This document shows positions 1-9,585 of a DNA stretch of 64,000 nucleotides, piece by piece. Within the stretch, counting starts at the first letter, position 1; every line of letters begins with the position of its first letter. The notes beneath the pieces were generated by a model. It searched no databases. It was not told the DNA's origin and saw only the letters and a list, made by a program, of their open reading frames with translations. The position numbers and the translations under genes were made by a program. Source of the stretch: an uncultured Lentisphaeraceae bacterium (lineage in GTDB: Bacteria; Verrucomicrobiota; Kiritimatiellia; RFP12; UBA1067); the NCBI GenBank assembly GCA_964386865.1, contig CAYLUN010000012.1, positions 13,029-77,028 of the forward strand, written 5' to 3'.

Positions 1-1137
1 GCCCGCCAGACCTTCGCCCGCGACGGCGTGCGCCAGCTCAAGACCGACCTCATCAAAACCGCGCTGACCAAGAACTACGACGCCTTCAGCGACGCCGGCA
101 AGAAGGTGGCCCTCGAACTCATCAAGGAGCGCCGCATCGCCGAGGCCGCCGCGCTCGGCCTCGCCGCGCTCGACTCGAAAGACGAGGAGGCCGTCATCGC
201 CGGCTACCGCCTGCTGCGCGAGATCGCCGACAAGGGCCAGGCCGACATCCTCGTCGCCAAGCTCCTCGCCACCACCGGCCGCGTGACCCCCGAAGCCCAG
301 ACCACCCTCGCCGCCGCCGCCCGCCGCGACGCCTCGGGCGCGTACGCCGCCGCCCTCCTCAAGTCCCTCCAGTCCGCGACCGACACGCAGAAGCCGGTCG
401 CCCTCGAAACCGCCGCCCGCCTCGGCGGCGACGCCCTGCTGAACGCCGTCGACGCCGCCTGCGCCTCGCCGAACGCCGAGATCGCCACCGCCGCCGTGCG
501 CGCACTGGCCGCCTGGGCAGACTCCGCCTCCGTGCCCGCGCTCCTGCGCCGCGCCGCCACCGCCGCCAACACCAAGCAGCAGACCCTCGCGCAGCGCGGC
601 CTCGCCAAGAAACTCAACGAGTCCGGCGCGGACAAAAAGGCCGCCTTCACGCTCTGGCAGAGCCTTAAGCCGAGCGTCGCCGACGAGGCCCGCAAGAAGG
701 CCATCGACGACCTCTTCAAGCAGGAGGCCAACGTCGCCCTCGGCAAACCCGTGGCCACCGACGTCCCGACCGAGGGCAACCACGTCCCAGCCAACCTCAC
801 GGACGGCACAACCAACAAGGCCTGGCACGGCGCGAAGTCGCCGGCGCATGCGACCATTGACCTCGGCAGCGTGCAGACGGTCGGCGCCCTGCACGTGACC
901 TTCTACAACGACGACGGACGCACCTACACCTTCACGCTGGAACTCTCCGAGGACGGCAAGGCGTGGAAGCAGGTGGCCGGCAACGCCGACGCGCCCAAGC
1001 CCGCCACGGCCGAGGGCCTGCGCCTCGACTTCGCGCCCACCCCCGCCCGCCACGCGCGCCTGACGGTCCTCAAGAACAGCGCCAACCCCGCTGTCCACGT
1101 GTTGGAGCTGAAGCTGCTAGCGACCACGACGCCGTAA
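1..1137 (+). CDS. HEAT/ARM-repeat protein with C-terminal F5/8 type C (discoidin, CBM32-like) domain; 5'-partial
   Basis: Frame is open from base 1. Ala/Leu-rich helical repeats are followed by NVALGKPV...NLTDG...W...IDLG...Y.LELSEDGKAW...ARHARL, typical of F5/8C. Confidence 0.75.
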   Translation, partial: ARQTFARDGVRQLKTDLIKTALTKNYDAFSDAGKKVALELIKERRIAEAAALGLAALDSKDEEAVIAGYRLLREIADKGQADILVAKLLATTGRVTPEAQTTLAAAARRDASGAYAAALLKSLQSATDTQKPVALETAARLGGDALLNAVDAACASPNAEIATAAVRALAAWADSASVPALLRRAATAANTKQQTLAQRGLAKKLNESGADKKAAFTLWQSLKPSVADEARKKAIDDLFKQEANVALGKPVATDVPTEGNHVPANLTDGTTNKAWHGAKSPAHATIDLGSVQTVGALHVTFYNDDGRTYTFTLELSEDGKAWKQVAGNADAPKPATAEGLRLDFAPTPARHARLTVLKNSANPAVHVLELKLLATTTP

Positions 1138-1139
1138 CC

Positions 1140-2444
1140 ATGAGCCGAATACGCCTGCCCTATCACCGGACCCATCTGGAAGCGGAGGTTCCTGACTCCC
1201 ATCTCAGGGGCATTCTTGTTCCGCGCGGGCACGGCGGCTCGCCGGACCTGTCGCTTTCCGAGGCGGCGCAGCAGCGGCTTGTCAACCTGGCGCTCGACTG
1301 TCCGGTCGAATCCGAGCCCCTTGAAAAGCTGGCCGCTGGCAAGCGGCGCGCGACGGTGATCACCAGCGACCACACCCGTCCGGTGCCCAGCCGCCTCACC
1401 CTGCCGCTCGTGCTGGAGCGGCTGCGCCGCGGCAACCCAGAGATCGCTGTTACCGTGCTCGTGGCCACCGGCTGCCACCGCGCCACCACCGCGCAAGAGC
1501 TGCGGGCCAAATTCGGCGACCGCATCTGCGACGCCGAGCGGCTCGTGATCCACGACTGCGAGGACGCCGCCAGCCTGCGCCACATCGGAACCCTGCCCTC
1601 GGGCGGCGCGCTGTGGCTCAACCGCCACGCGCTGGACACCGACCTGCTGGTCGCCGAGGGCTTCATTGAGCCCCACTTCTTCGCAGGCTTCTCGGGCGGC
1701 CGCAAGAGCGTCCTGCCCGGCATCGCCGGGCGCCAGACCGTGCTGGCCAACCACTGCTCGGCCTTCATCGCCGACCCCTGCGCGCGCGCCGGCTGCCTGG
1801 AGGGCAACCCCCTTCACCGGGACATGCTGTTCGCCGCCCGGCAGGCCGGCCTGGCGTTCATTCTCAACGTTACCCTGAACCCCGACAAGACAATCTCCGC
1901 CGCCTACGCCGGGCATCCGGAGCAGGCTCATGAGCGAGGCTGTTCCCACCTGAAAGCGGCTGTCCGGATCGCGGCGGTCCCGGCTGAGATCGTCATCACC
2001 AGCAACGGCGGCTACCCCCTGGATCAGAACATCTACCAGGCGGTCAAAGGCATGACCGCCGCGGAGGCCTGCTGCCGGGCCGGCGGCACGATCATCATGG
2101 TGGCCGGCTGCAGCGACGGCCACGGCGGCGAGGGCTTCTATCGCGGCCTGGCCGGCGCGGAGAGCCCGCAGGCCCTGCTGCGGCACGTGCTGCAAGTCCC
2201 GCAAGAGGAGACCCCTCCCGACCAGTGGGAGTACCAGATCCTCGCCCGCATCCTGGCCCGGCACCGCGTGATCCTCGTGACCGACCTCTGCGACCCCCAG
2301 ATGATCCGCGACATGCACATGGAGCACGCCCCGACCCTGCAGGCGGCCGTGGACAGGGCCCTCGCTGGCGCGGGGCCCGGCGCGGGCGTCACCGTCATCC
2401 CCGACGGGGTCGGGGTGATCGTTGAGCCCTCACGTCGCGATTAG
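1140..2444 (+). CDS. larA: Nickel-pincer-dependent lactate racemase (LarA) family protein
   Basis: ATG 2 bp after the upstream stop. Motifs SDHTRP, ATGCHR, IHD, EPHFFAGFSGGRKS, NH, GGYPLDQNIYQAVKG and VIPDG; both NPN-related Lys and the His residues are present. Confidence 0.88.
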   Translation: MSRIRLPYHRTHLEAEVPDSHLRGILVPRGHGGSPDLSLSEAAQQRLVNLALDCPVESEPLEKLAAGKRRATVITSDHTRPVPSRLTLPLVLERLRRGNPEIAVTVLVATGCHRATTAQELRAKFGDRICDAERLVIHDCEDAASLRHIGTLPSGGALWLNRHALDTDLLVAEGFIEPHFFAGFSGGRKSVLPGIAGRQTVLANHCSAFIADPCARAGCLEGNPLHRDMLFAARQAGLAFILNVTLNPDKTISAAYAGHPEQAHERGCSHLKAAVRIAAVPAEIVITSNGGYPLDQNIYQAVKGMTAAEACCRAGGTIIMVAGCSDGHGGEGFYRGLAGAESPQALLRHVLQVPQEETPPDQWEYQILARILARHRVILVTDLCDPQMIRDMHMEHAPTLQAAVDRALAGAGPGAGVTVIPDGVGVIVEPSRRD

Positions 2445-2467
2445 AGGTTCAATCAGACGCGCCGCCT

Positions 2468-3925
2468 TCACGGGCTCTGGTCGATCTTCTCGCCCATCAC
2501 CCGCCGGATCTCGGACGCCCGAACGTCGCGCACCGCCACGTTCTTCTCGCACGCCAGATGCGCGGCCACGCCCGCCGCTTCGCCGAGCTGCATCATCGTG
2601 CGCGAGAGGCGGCAGCTCGACGCGGCGATCGCGCTGAAGCTTGCCGCGCGGCCCGCGATCAACACGTTCTGCGTCTTGAGCGGCAGCAGGCAGCGGTACG
2701 GAACGCCGTACGGCCCCTTCAGCTCGCCGCCCGGCCCGCCGCCGCCGTGGTTGTCCATCGGGTGATCCGCGATCGCAATGATATCCTCGTGTATCTGCTT
2801 GGCGAGTCCGGCGATCAAGTCGTTCTGGTTCAGCACGTATTCGCCGCGCACGCGCCGCGTCTCGCGCAGGCCCGCTTTCGGAAAGATCATCTTCAGCTTG
2901 AACCGGCGGAACTCGTCGAAGTTCGACTGGTACCAGTGCCAGTGCGCCCGCACGCGGCGCTCGCACTCGGCGTAAGCCTTCTCCGCTCCCAGCGCCAAGA
3001 ACTCCTCGCCCTTCATGGTCGGCAGCATGTTGATAAAGCGGTCGCCGCACGGGTACTGCCCCACGAAGGCGACCGGGAAGCCCTTCTGCCACCAGCAGGT
3101 CTCGGGGATGCCCTCGGGCAGCGGCTCCACGAGGTCGGGCTCCTTCTTGCCGATGGGCGTGATGCGGTAGACCAGCGTCGCGCCGTTCATCTGCCGCAGC
3201 GGCTCCGGCGGCGCGCCGGGCTCGTCGAAGTCCGCGCGGCGATCCCGGCCGACCATGAGGTCGCACCCTAGCCGCTCGCAGAGCACGCCGTCCGTCGCAT
3301 CGACAACAACCTTCGCCCGCACCGTTGTGCCGTCCGAGAGCGTGAGTGACTCCACGCGGCCGTCCGCGTGCGCAGCCGCCGTGAAGGCCGTCTTCAGGAA
3401 CACGCGGCAGCGGCCGGTCTCCTTGAGCATGTCGAGCATGACCGCCGACATCGCGTCCGGCTCAAAGATCACGCCGTGGCAGTGCTCGCGGAACCACGCC
3501 TCGTCGCCCATGCTGAACCCGTGGCGCAGCAGCGTGTGCGCGTAGGTCAGGCACGGGTCGGTCTCGATCATGCCGCCTGGAAAGGTGTACTTCTCCCACG
3601 GCTTTTTCCACGACAGGTGGCGGTCGAACCGGTAGACGCCCGCCGCGCCGGGGATCTGCGCGAGCCGCTGGTAGACTCGGTACGGCACGCCGGTGCCGCC
3701 CATGCCCGGCTCCCAGTTGTTCACGCCGCCGAGGGTCGAGGTGCCGCCCAGCACCGACTCCTTCTCCACCAGCACGACCGTGCTGCCGAGGTGCGCGGCG
3801 GACCACGCCGCGCCGAAGCCGGCGCTGCCGCCGCCGACCACGGCGACGTCCACCTCTAGAGCCAGCCCCTGGGCGCGGGCACACGCCGCGAACAGCACGA
3901 ACGGCCAAACGAAACACCGATTCAT
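2468..3925 (-). CDS. Secreted FAD-dependent oxidoreductase (FAD_oxidored-like family)
   Basis: GGAGG RBS, signal peptide, DVAVVGGGSAG Rossmann motif, LGGTST, DAT-DG, RETRRVRGEY, YGVPYRCLLP, GEAAG. Confidence 0.85.
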   Translation of the reverse strand: MNRCFVWPFVLFAACARAQGLALEVDVAVVGGGSAGFGAAWSAAHLGSTVVLVEKESVLGGTSTLGGVNNWEPGMGGTGVPYRVYQRLAQIPGAAGVYRFDRHLSWKKPWEKYTFPGGMIETDPCLTYAHTLLRHGFSMGDEAWFREHCHGVIFEPDAMSAVMLDMLKETGRCRVFLKTAFTAAAHADGRVESLTLSDGTTVRAKVVVDATDGVLCERLGCDLMVGRDRRADFDEPGAPPEPLRQMNGATLVYRITPIGKKEPDLVEPLPEGIPETCWWQKGFPVAFVGQYPCGDRFINMLPTMKGEEFLALGAEKAYAECERRVRAHWHWYQSNFDEFRRFKLKMIFPKAGLRETRRVRGEYVLNQNDLIAGLAKQIHEDIIAIADHPMDNHGGGGPGGELKGPYGVPYRCLLPLKTQNVLIAGRAASFSAIAASSCRLSRTMMQLGEAAGVAAHLACEKNVAVRDVRASEIRRVMGEKIDQSP

Positions 3926-3992
3926 AGCCCCCTCCAAATGCGTCGGGCGTGCCGGCAGCGCCCGGCACGCCCGACAGCGATCACGCGCTCCT

Positions 3993-5762
3993 TCAAACGT
4001 CCTTCTGGTGGTAGTGCGTGTGCAGCAGGTGGTGCGACTTCTCGCCCAGCGGCTTGCCCAGATACTCCTCGTAGAGCTTCATCACGTCCGGGTTCTCGTG
4101 CGACTTGCGCATTGTCTTGCACTCGTCTTCGCAGTAGATGCCCGCGATGCGCTTCAGCCGCACGGAGTCGTCCGTGAAGCGCGGCTGCCCGCCGCCGCCG
4201 ATGCAGCCGCCGGGGCAGGTCATCACCTCGACGAAGTGGTAGGTCGGGCCGTTCGCCTTGATGTGCTCCAAGAGCCGGCGCGTGTTGGCCAGCCCGTGGC
4301 ACACCGCGACCTTGAGCTCCACGCCCTCGAGGAAGGACCACTCCTTCACGGTGCCCGTGATGGTCAGCGACGCCTCCTTGATGCCTTCGAGCCCGGAGAC
4401 CGCCTTCACGTGCAGGTTGTCCACGGGCAGCGTGCGCCCGGTGACGATCTCGTAGGCCGTGCGCAGCGCGGCCTCCATCACGCCGCCGGTGTTGGCGAAG
4501 ATGTCCGCCGCGCCGGACGAGAGCCCCAGCGGCGCGTCCATCTGCTCATCCGGCAGATTCTTGAAGTCGATGCCGGCCTCTTTGATCATCTTCGCCAGCT
4601 CGCGCGTCGTGAGCACGTAGTCCACGTCGCGAACGCCGCTGGCGTTCATCTCGGGGCGCTGCGCCTCGAACTTCTTGGCCGTGCACGGCATGACCGAGAC
4701 CACCACGAGCTCCTCGGGCTTGCGCCCGATCTTCTGCGCGTAGTAGGTCTTGGCGATCGCGCCGAACATCTGCTGGGGCGACTTGCAGGTCGAGATGTTC
4801 GGCAGGAACTGCGGGAAGTAGAACTCCGCGAAGTTGATCCAGCCGGGCGAGCAGCTCGTGAACATCGGCAGCGCCACGGGCTCCTTCTTCACCAGCGCCT
4901 TCTTCAGGCGGGTGAGCAGCTCCGTGCCCTCCTCCATGATGGTGAGGTCGGCCGTGAAGTTGGTGTCGAACACGCCGTCGAAGCCGAGCCGGCGCAGCGC
5001 CGCCGCCATCTTGCCGGTGACGCGCGTGCCCGGCTCGTAGCCGAAGCACTCGCCCAGCGCGGCGCGGATGGCCGGCGCGGTCTGCACGATCACGTGCAGC
5101 TTCGGGTTCTCCAGCGCCTTCCACACGGCGGGGATCTGGCTCTTCTCGGTGATCGCGCCGACCGGGCAGATCGCCGCGCACTGGCCGCACTGCACGCACG
5201 CCACGTCGCCGAGGTCGCGGGTGAAGGCCGGCCCGATCTCCGTCTGGAACCCGCGCCCCTGCGGATGCAGCGCGCCGACGCCCTGCACCTCGCTGCAGAC
5301 CGTCACGCAGCGGCGGCACTTGACGCACTTCGCGTTGTCGCGCACGAGCGCGGGCGTGGAGTCGTCGATCTTCTTCTTGGCCTTGGCGCCCTCGTAGGGC
5401 AGGCAGGTCACGCCCATCTCCTCGGCCAGGGCCCGCAGCTCGCAGTCTCCGCTGCGGTCGCAGGTCTGGCAGTTGCCGTCGTGCTCCGACAGCAGCATCT
5501 CCAGCACCTGCCGCCGCGCGTTGCGCGAGTGCGTGGTGTTCGTGCGCACGACCATGTTCTCGGTCACCGGCGTCGAGCACGCGGCCACCAGCGTGCGCGC
5601 GCCCTCGACGTCGACGAGGCAGACGCGGCACGCGCCGATCGCCCCTCGCTTCTCCAAGTTGCAGAGCGTGGGGATCGTGACTCCCACCTGGCGCGCCGCC
5701 TGCAGGATCGTCGTGCCCTCGGGCACCTGCAGCTTCTGGGTGTTGATTGTAACGTTCAGCAT
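3993..5762 (-). CDS. hydA: [FeFe]-hydrogenase group A catalytic subunit (HydA/HndD-like)
   Basis: H-cluster motifs TSCSPGW, MPCTAKKFE and EVMTCPGGCIGGGGQP; N-terminal 2Fe-2S, His-ligated 4Fe-4S and 2x4Fe-4S Cys motifs; C-terminal RKSHEN...LLHTHY. Confidence 0.97.
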   Translation of the reverse strand: MLNVTINTQKLQVPEGTTILQAARQVGVTIPTLCNLEKRGAIGACRVCLVDVEGARTLVAACSTPVTENMVVRTNTTHSRNARRQVLEMLLSEHDGNCQTCDRSGDCELRALAEEMGVTCLPYEGAKAKKKIDDSTPALVRDNAKCVKCRRCVTVCSEVQGVGALHPQGRGFQTEIGPAFTRDLGDVACVQCGQCAAICPVGAITEKSQIPAVWKALENPKLHVIVQTAPAIRAALGECFGYEPGTRVTGKMAAALRRLGFDGVFDTNFTADLTIMEEGTELLTRLKKALVKKEPVALPMFTSCSPGWINFAEFYFPQFLPNISTCKSPQQMFGAIAKTYYAQKIGRKPEELVVVSVMPCTAKKFEAQRPEMNASGVRDVDYVLTTRELAKMIKEAGIDFKNLPDEQMDAPLGLSSGAADIFANTGGVMEAALRTAYEIVTGRTLPVDNLHVKAVSGLEGIKEASLTITGTVKEWSFLEGVELKVAVCHGLANTRRLLEHIKANGPTYHFVEVMTCPGGCIGGGGQPRFTDDSVRLKRIAGIYCEDECKTMRKSHENPDVMKLYEEYLGKPLGEKSHHLLHTHYHQKDV

Positions 5763-5777
5763 GAAAGGTCTCTCCGA

Positions 5778-8700
5778 TTAAGCGTGTTCGCACTCGCAGG
5801 GTTGTTTGCCGTAGTCGCACCGCAGGCAACGCTTGGCCTGCCGGAGCGCCGTGTTCTCGTTCCACGGCTGCTCCACCTCGGCGAAGTTCTGCCGCCGCTT
5901 CTCCAGCGGCATGGTGTGCAGCTTTTCGCGGGCGTAGTTGACCGGGTCGGCATACGGGTCGAACGCCACGCCTGGATCGCGGTAGCCGCGCCAGAAGGCG
6001 TGCTCGGCCCCGGCCAGCAGCGCGTCGATCGCGACCGCCGTCCGCTCGCCCGCCGCGATGGCGTCCGCCACCGAGGAGGGCCCGGACGCCGCGTCGCCGC
6101 CCGCGAACAGCCACGGCACCGAGGTCGCGCCCGTGCGGGGGTCGGCCTTGATCCAGCCGCGCTCGTTGTGCTCCACGTCGATCGAGCCAGAAAGCGCCTT
6201 CTTGTCCAGCGCCTGGCCGATCGCGACGATCACCTGGTCGGCCGGCAGAAGCTCGCAGGCCTCGTCGCCGCCCTCCGGACGGCGCCGCCCGGAGCGGTCG
6301 AACTCGCCCAGCTTCATCGCGCGCAGCCGGAGCCCCGTCACGTGGCCGTCTTCCACTTCGAACGCCTCGGGGTGCACCAGCGTGCGCAGCGTGACGCCCT
6401 CGTGCATCGCCTCCTCGATCTCCTCGGCGTAGGCTGGCATCTCCTCGCGGGTGCGGCGGTAGATCACGGTCACGCTCTGCGCGCCCAGCCGGATCGCCGT
6501 GCGCGCCGCGTCGATCGCCGCGTTGCCGCCGCCGATCACCGCCACGTGCTTGCCCACCGGCACCGAGCCGCGGATGTTATAGTGGCGGAGGAACGACATG
6601 GCCTCGGTCACGCCGCGGGCGTCCGCGCCCGGCACGTCAAGCGCGACGCCGAGCGGCGCGCCCACCGCCAGAAAGACCGCCTCGTAGCCCTTGTCGCGCA
6701 GCTCGGCCAGCGTGAAGTCGCGGCCCAGCGCGCGCCCGGTGTCGATGGTCACGCCCAGGTGCTCGATCATGCGCACCTCGCGGGCCAGCTCCTCGCGCGG
6801 CAGGCGGTAGGCGGGGATCGCCTGCACCAGCATGCCGCCCGGCCGGGGCTCGGCTTCGAGCACGTCCGGCCGATAGCCCAGGCGCGCCAAGAAATACGCG
6901 CAGGACAGGCCAGCGGGGCCTGCGCCGATCACGGCGACCTTGCGCTTCGCGTTGGCGGCGTTCTCGCGCACCTCGGGAACCTGCACGGTCACCTCCTGGT
7001 CCACCATGAACCGCTTGATGCCGCGGATCGAGACAGGCTCGTCGAGCGCCGCGCGGCGGCACTTGTCTTCGCACGTGTGGAAGCAGACGCGGGCGCAGAC
7101 CGAGGCGAAGGGGTTGCGCTCGCGGTGCAGCCGCAGCGCCTCGGCGTAGCGCTTCTCGCCGACCATCGACACGAAGCCCGGCACGTCCACGCCCACCGGG
7201 CACGCGCTCAGGCAGGGCGCGCGCACGAGGCCGGCGCAAACGCCGGCGGCGCAGTGCCGGTCGCGGATATGCTCTTCGTACTCGTGGCGGAAGTGCCGAA
7301 TCGTCGACAGCACCGGGTTCGGCGCCGTCTGGCCCAGGCCACAGAGCGAGGCGCTCTTGATGAAGGTGCCCAGCTCGATCAGCCGCTCGATGTCGCCCGA
7401 CTCGCCCTGGCCCGCGCAGATGCGCTCCAGGATCTCCAGCATGCGCCGCGTGCCGACCCGGCAGGGGACGCACTTGCCGCACGACTCCTCCTGCACGAAC
7501 TCGATGAAAAAGCGCGCGACGTCCACCATGCAGGTGTCCTCGTCCATCACGATCAGGCCGCCCGAGCCCATGATTGCGCCCAGCTCGGCCAGCGACTCGT
7601 AGTCGAGCGGCACGTTGAGGTTCTGGCGCGGGATGCACCCGCCCGAAGGCCCGCCGATCTGCGCCGCCTTGAAGTGCTTGTTGTTGCGGATGCCGCCGCC
7701 GATGTCGTAGACCAGCTCGCCGAGCGACGTGCCGACCGGCACCTCGACCAGGCCGGTGTTGCGCACCGCGCCCGCGAGCGCGAACACTTTCGTGCCCTTG
7801 CTCTTCGGCGTGCCCATCGAGGCGTACCACGCGCCGCCCTTGAGCAGGATGGCCGGCACGTTGGCGTACGTCTCCACGTTGTTCAGCACCGTCGGGCGGC
7901 CCCACAGGCCCTTCTGCGCCGGGAACGGCGGGCGCGGGCGCGGCTCGCCGCGCTTGCCCTCGATCGAGGCGATCAGCGCCGTCTCCTCGCCGCAGACGAA
8001 CGCGCCGGAACCCATGCGGATCTCGAGGTCGAACGAGAACGCCGTGCCCAGGATGTTCGCGCCGAGCAGGCCGCAGGAACGCGCCTGCGCGATGGCCGCG
8101 GAGAGGCGCTCCACCGCCAGCGGGTACTCGGCCCGCACGTAGACGTAGCCCTGCTGCGCGCCGACGGCGAAGGCGGCGATCGCCATGCCTTCGATGACGC
8201 TGTGGGGGTCACCCTCCAGCACGCTGCGGTCCATGTAGGCGCCCGGGTCGCCCTCGTCGGCGTTGCACAGCACGTAGCGCACGCCCGGCTCGGACTGGCG
8301 GGCCAGATTCCACTTCAGCCAGGTCGGGAAGCCCGCGCCGCCGCGGCCTCGCAGGCCCGAGGTCTGCATCTCTTCCACCACGCGCTCGGGCGTGAGCTCC
8401 GTCAGCACCTTGGCCAGGGCGGCGTAGCCATCGTGGGCGATCGTGTCGCCGATCTTCTCGGGGTCGATCCAGCCGCAGTTGCGGAGCACGATCTGCGTCT
8501 GGCGCTTGAAGAACTCGATGTCCTGGCGGCACGGGGCGGGCTTCTTGCCGGCCGCGTCCAGCACGAGAAGCCGCTCCACGCGCTGGCCGCCGCAGATGTG
8601 CGTCCGCACGATATCCGCCGCGTCGCTGGGCTTGACGCCCTGGTAGAACGTCCGGTCGTCGCCGATCAGCACGACCGGCCCCATCACGCACGGCCCCATG

Positions 8701-8930
8701 CAGCCCGTCTCGACCAGCGCGACCTGGTCGCTCATCTTCTCCATCTCGAGCGCCAGGCGCAGCGCGTCGCGAACCTCTTTGGCGCCCGAGGCCAGGCAGC
8801 TTCCGCCGAAGCAGACAAGGATCTGGCGCACGGGCGCGCCGCCGCCGGCGGGCTTCTTGGCGCGCAGCCGCTCGCGGAGGGCGGCGAGCTCGGCCACGCT
8901 GTTAATCCGTTTCAGGGCTGGGGCTTTCAT
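5778..8930 (-). CDS. hydB: HydB/NuoF-like FMN/NAD subunit fused to a GltD/NfnB-like FeS-FAD-NADP(H) module
   Basis: GLRGRGGAGFPT, NADEGDPGAYMDR, GAFVCGEETAL, GGPSGG and ESCGKCVPCR, followed by CLSACP...CARVCFHTCEDKCRR, GAGPAG, GGGNAA-D, YRRT, GGD and RCLRC. Confidence 0.92.
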   Translation of the reverse strand: MKAPALKRINSVAELAALRERLRAKKPAGGGAPVRQILVCFGGSCLASGAKEVRDALRLALEMEKMSDQVALVETGCMGPCVMGPVVLIGDDRTFYQGVKPSDAADIVRTHICGGQRVERLLVLDAAGKKPAPCRQDIEFFKRQTQIVLRNCGWIDPEKIGDTIAHDGYAALAKVLTELTPERVVEEMQTSGLRGRGGAGFPTWLKWNLARQSEPGVRYVLCNADEGDPGAYMDRSVLEGDPHSVIEGMAIAAFAVGAQQGYVYVRAEYPLAVERLSAAIAQARSCGLLGANILGTAFSFDLEIRMGSGAFVCGEETALIASIEGKRGEPRPRPPFPAQKGLWGRPTVLNNVETYANVPAILLKGGAWYASMGTPKSKGTKVFALAGAVRNTGLVEVPVGTSLGELVYDIGGGIRNNKHFKAAQIGGPSGGCIPRQNLNVPLDYESLAELGAIMGSGGLIVMDEDTCMVDVARFFIEFVQEESCGKCVPCRVGTRRMLEILERICAGQGESGDIERLIELGTFIKSASLCGLGQTAPNPVLSTIRHFRHEYEEHIRDRHCAAGVCAGLVRAPCLSACPVGVDVPGFVSMVGEKRYAEALRLHRERNPFASVCARVCFHTCEDKCRRAALDEPVSIRGIKRFMVDQEVTVQVPEVRENAANAKRKVAVIGAGPAGLSCAYFLARLGYRPDVLEAEPRPGGMLVQAIPAYRLPREELAREVRMIEHLGVTIDTGRALGRDFTLAELRDKGYEAVFLAVGAPLGVALDVPGADARGVTEAMSFLRHYNIRGSVPVGKHVAVIGGGNAAIDAARTAIRLGAQSVTVIYRRTREEMPAYAEEIEEAMHEGVTLRTLVHPEAFEVEDGHVTGLRLRAMKLGEFDRSGRRRPEGGDEACELLPADQVIVAIGQALDKKALSGSIDVEHNERGWIKADPRTGATSVPWLFAGGDAASGPSSVADAIAAGERTAVAIDALLAGAEHAFWRGYRDPGVAFDPYADPVNYAREKLHTMPLEKRRQNFAEVEQPWNENTALRQAKRCLRCDYGKQPCECEHA

Positions 8931-9478
8931 GCGTGCTCCTTTTCCCCGGCAGCAGGAGCGCCGGACAGAATCTGATTGACCAGTTCGCCGACGCGCGCCG
9001 GCTTGACACGCTGGTAGGTCGTGTCATTGACCATCACCACCGGCGCCATGCCGCACGCCCCGAAGCACCGGCCGACCTCCAGCGAGAACAGCCGGTCAGC
9101 GGTTGTCTCCCCCACCTCGATCGAGAGCTTCTTCTTGAACGCGTCCAGCACCTCTTTGCCACCGCGCACGTAGCAGGCCGTGCCGAGGCACACGCGCACC
9201 AGATACTTGCCGCGCGGATGCAGGGTGAAGAAGGAGTAGAACGTCACCACGCCGGCGACCTCGCTCATGGTTTTGCCGAAGCCGTCTGCGATGCGGCGGA
9301 TCACGGGCTCGGGAAGGTAGCCGAAGATGGTCTGGGCGGTCTGCAGCGCGGGGATCAGACCGCCGGGCTTCTCGTGATACTCGCCGATCACGTCGTCGAG
9401 GCGTTTGTACAGGTCGGCATCCGAGGGCTCGCATCCACAGGCGCAGCCGCAGGGGGCAGAAGCGGGAAGAGACGTCAT
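8927..9478 (-). CDS. hydC: HydC/NuoE-like 2Fe-2S subunit
   Basis: GVVTFYSFF, VCLGTACYVRG and RCFGACGMAP; its stop overlaps the hydB start (ATGA). Confidence 0.92.
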   Translation of the reverse strand: MTSLPASAPCGCACGCEPSDADLYKRLDDVIGEYHEKPGGLIPALQTAQTIFGYLPEPVIRRIADGFGKTMSEVAGVVTFYSFFTLHPRGKYLVRVCLGTACYVRGGKEVLDAFKKKLSIEVGETTADRLFSLEVGRCFGACGMAPVVMVNDTTYQRVKPARVGELVNQILSGAPAAGEKEHA

Positions 9479-9585
9479 GAAAGAACTCCAGACTGCCTTC
9501 GGGCAAAGCCGAAGAGAATTGACGGGAAGCGCGTCCGCCCCTGCCTCCAGGCGGCAGACGGCGGACGGCGTGCCCGGCGCGTCGG

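Noticed and set aside
3693-8975. Very long antisense or alternate-frame ORFs (e.g. 3693-8975 +, 28958-32467 -, 49839-53243 +, 19348-21558 +, 24619-27309 -)
   Set aside because: Shadow ORFs of high-GC genes with strong codon bias; they have no motifs, and the opposite frame encodes recognisable proteins.
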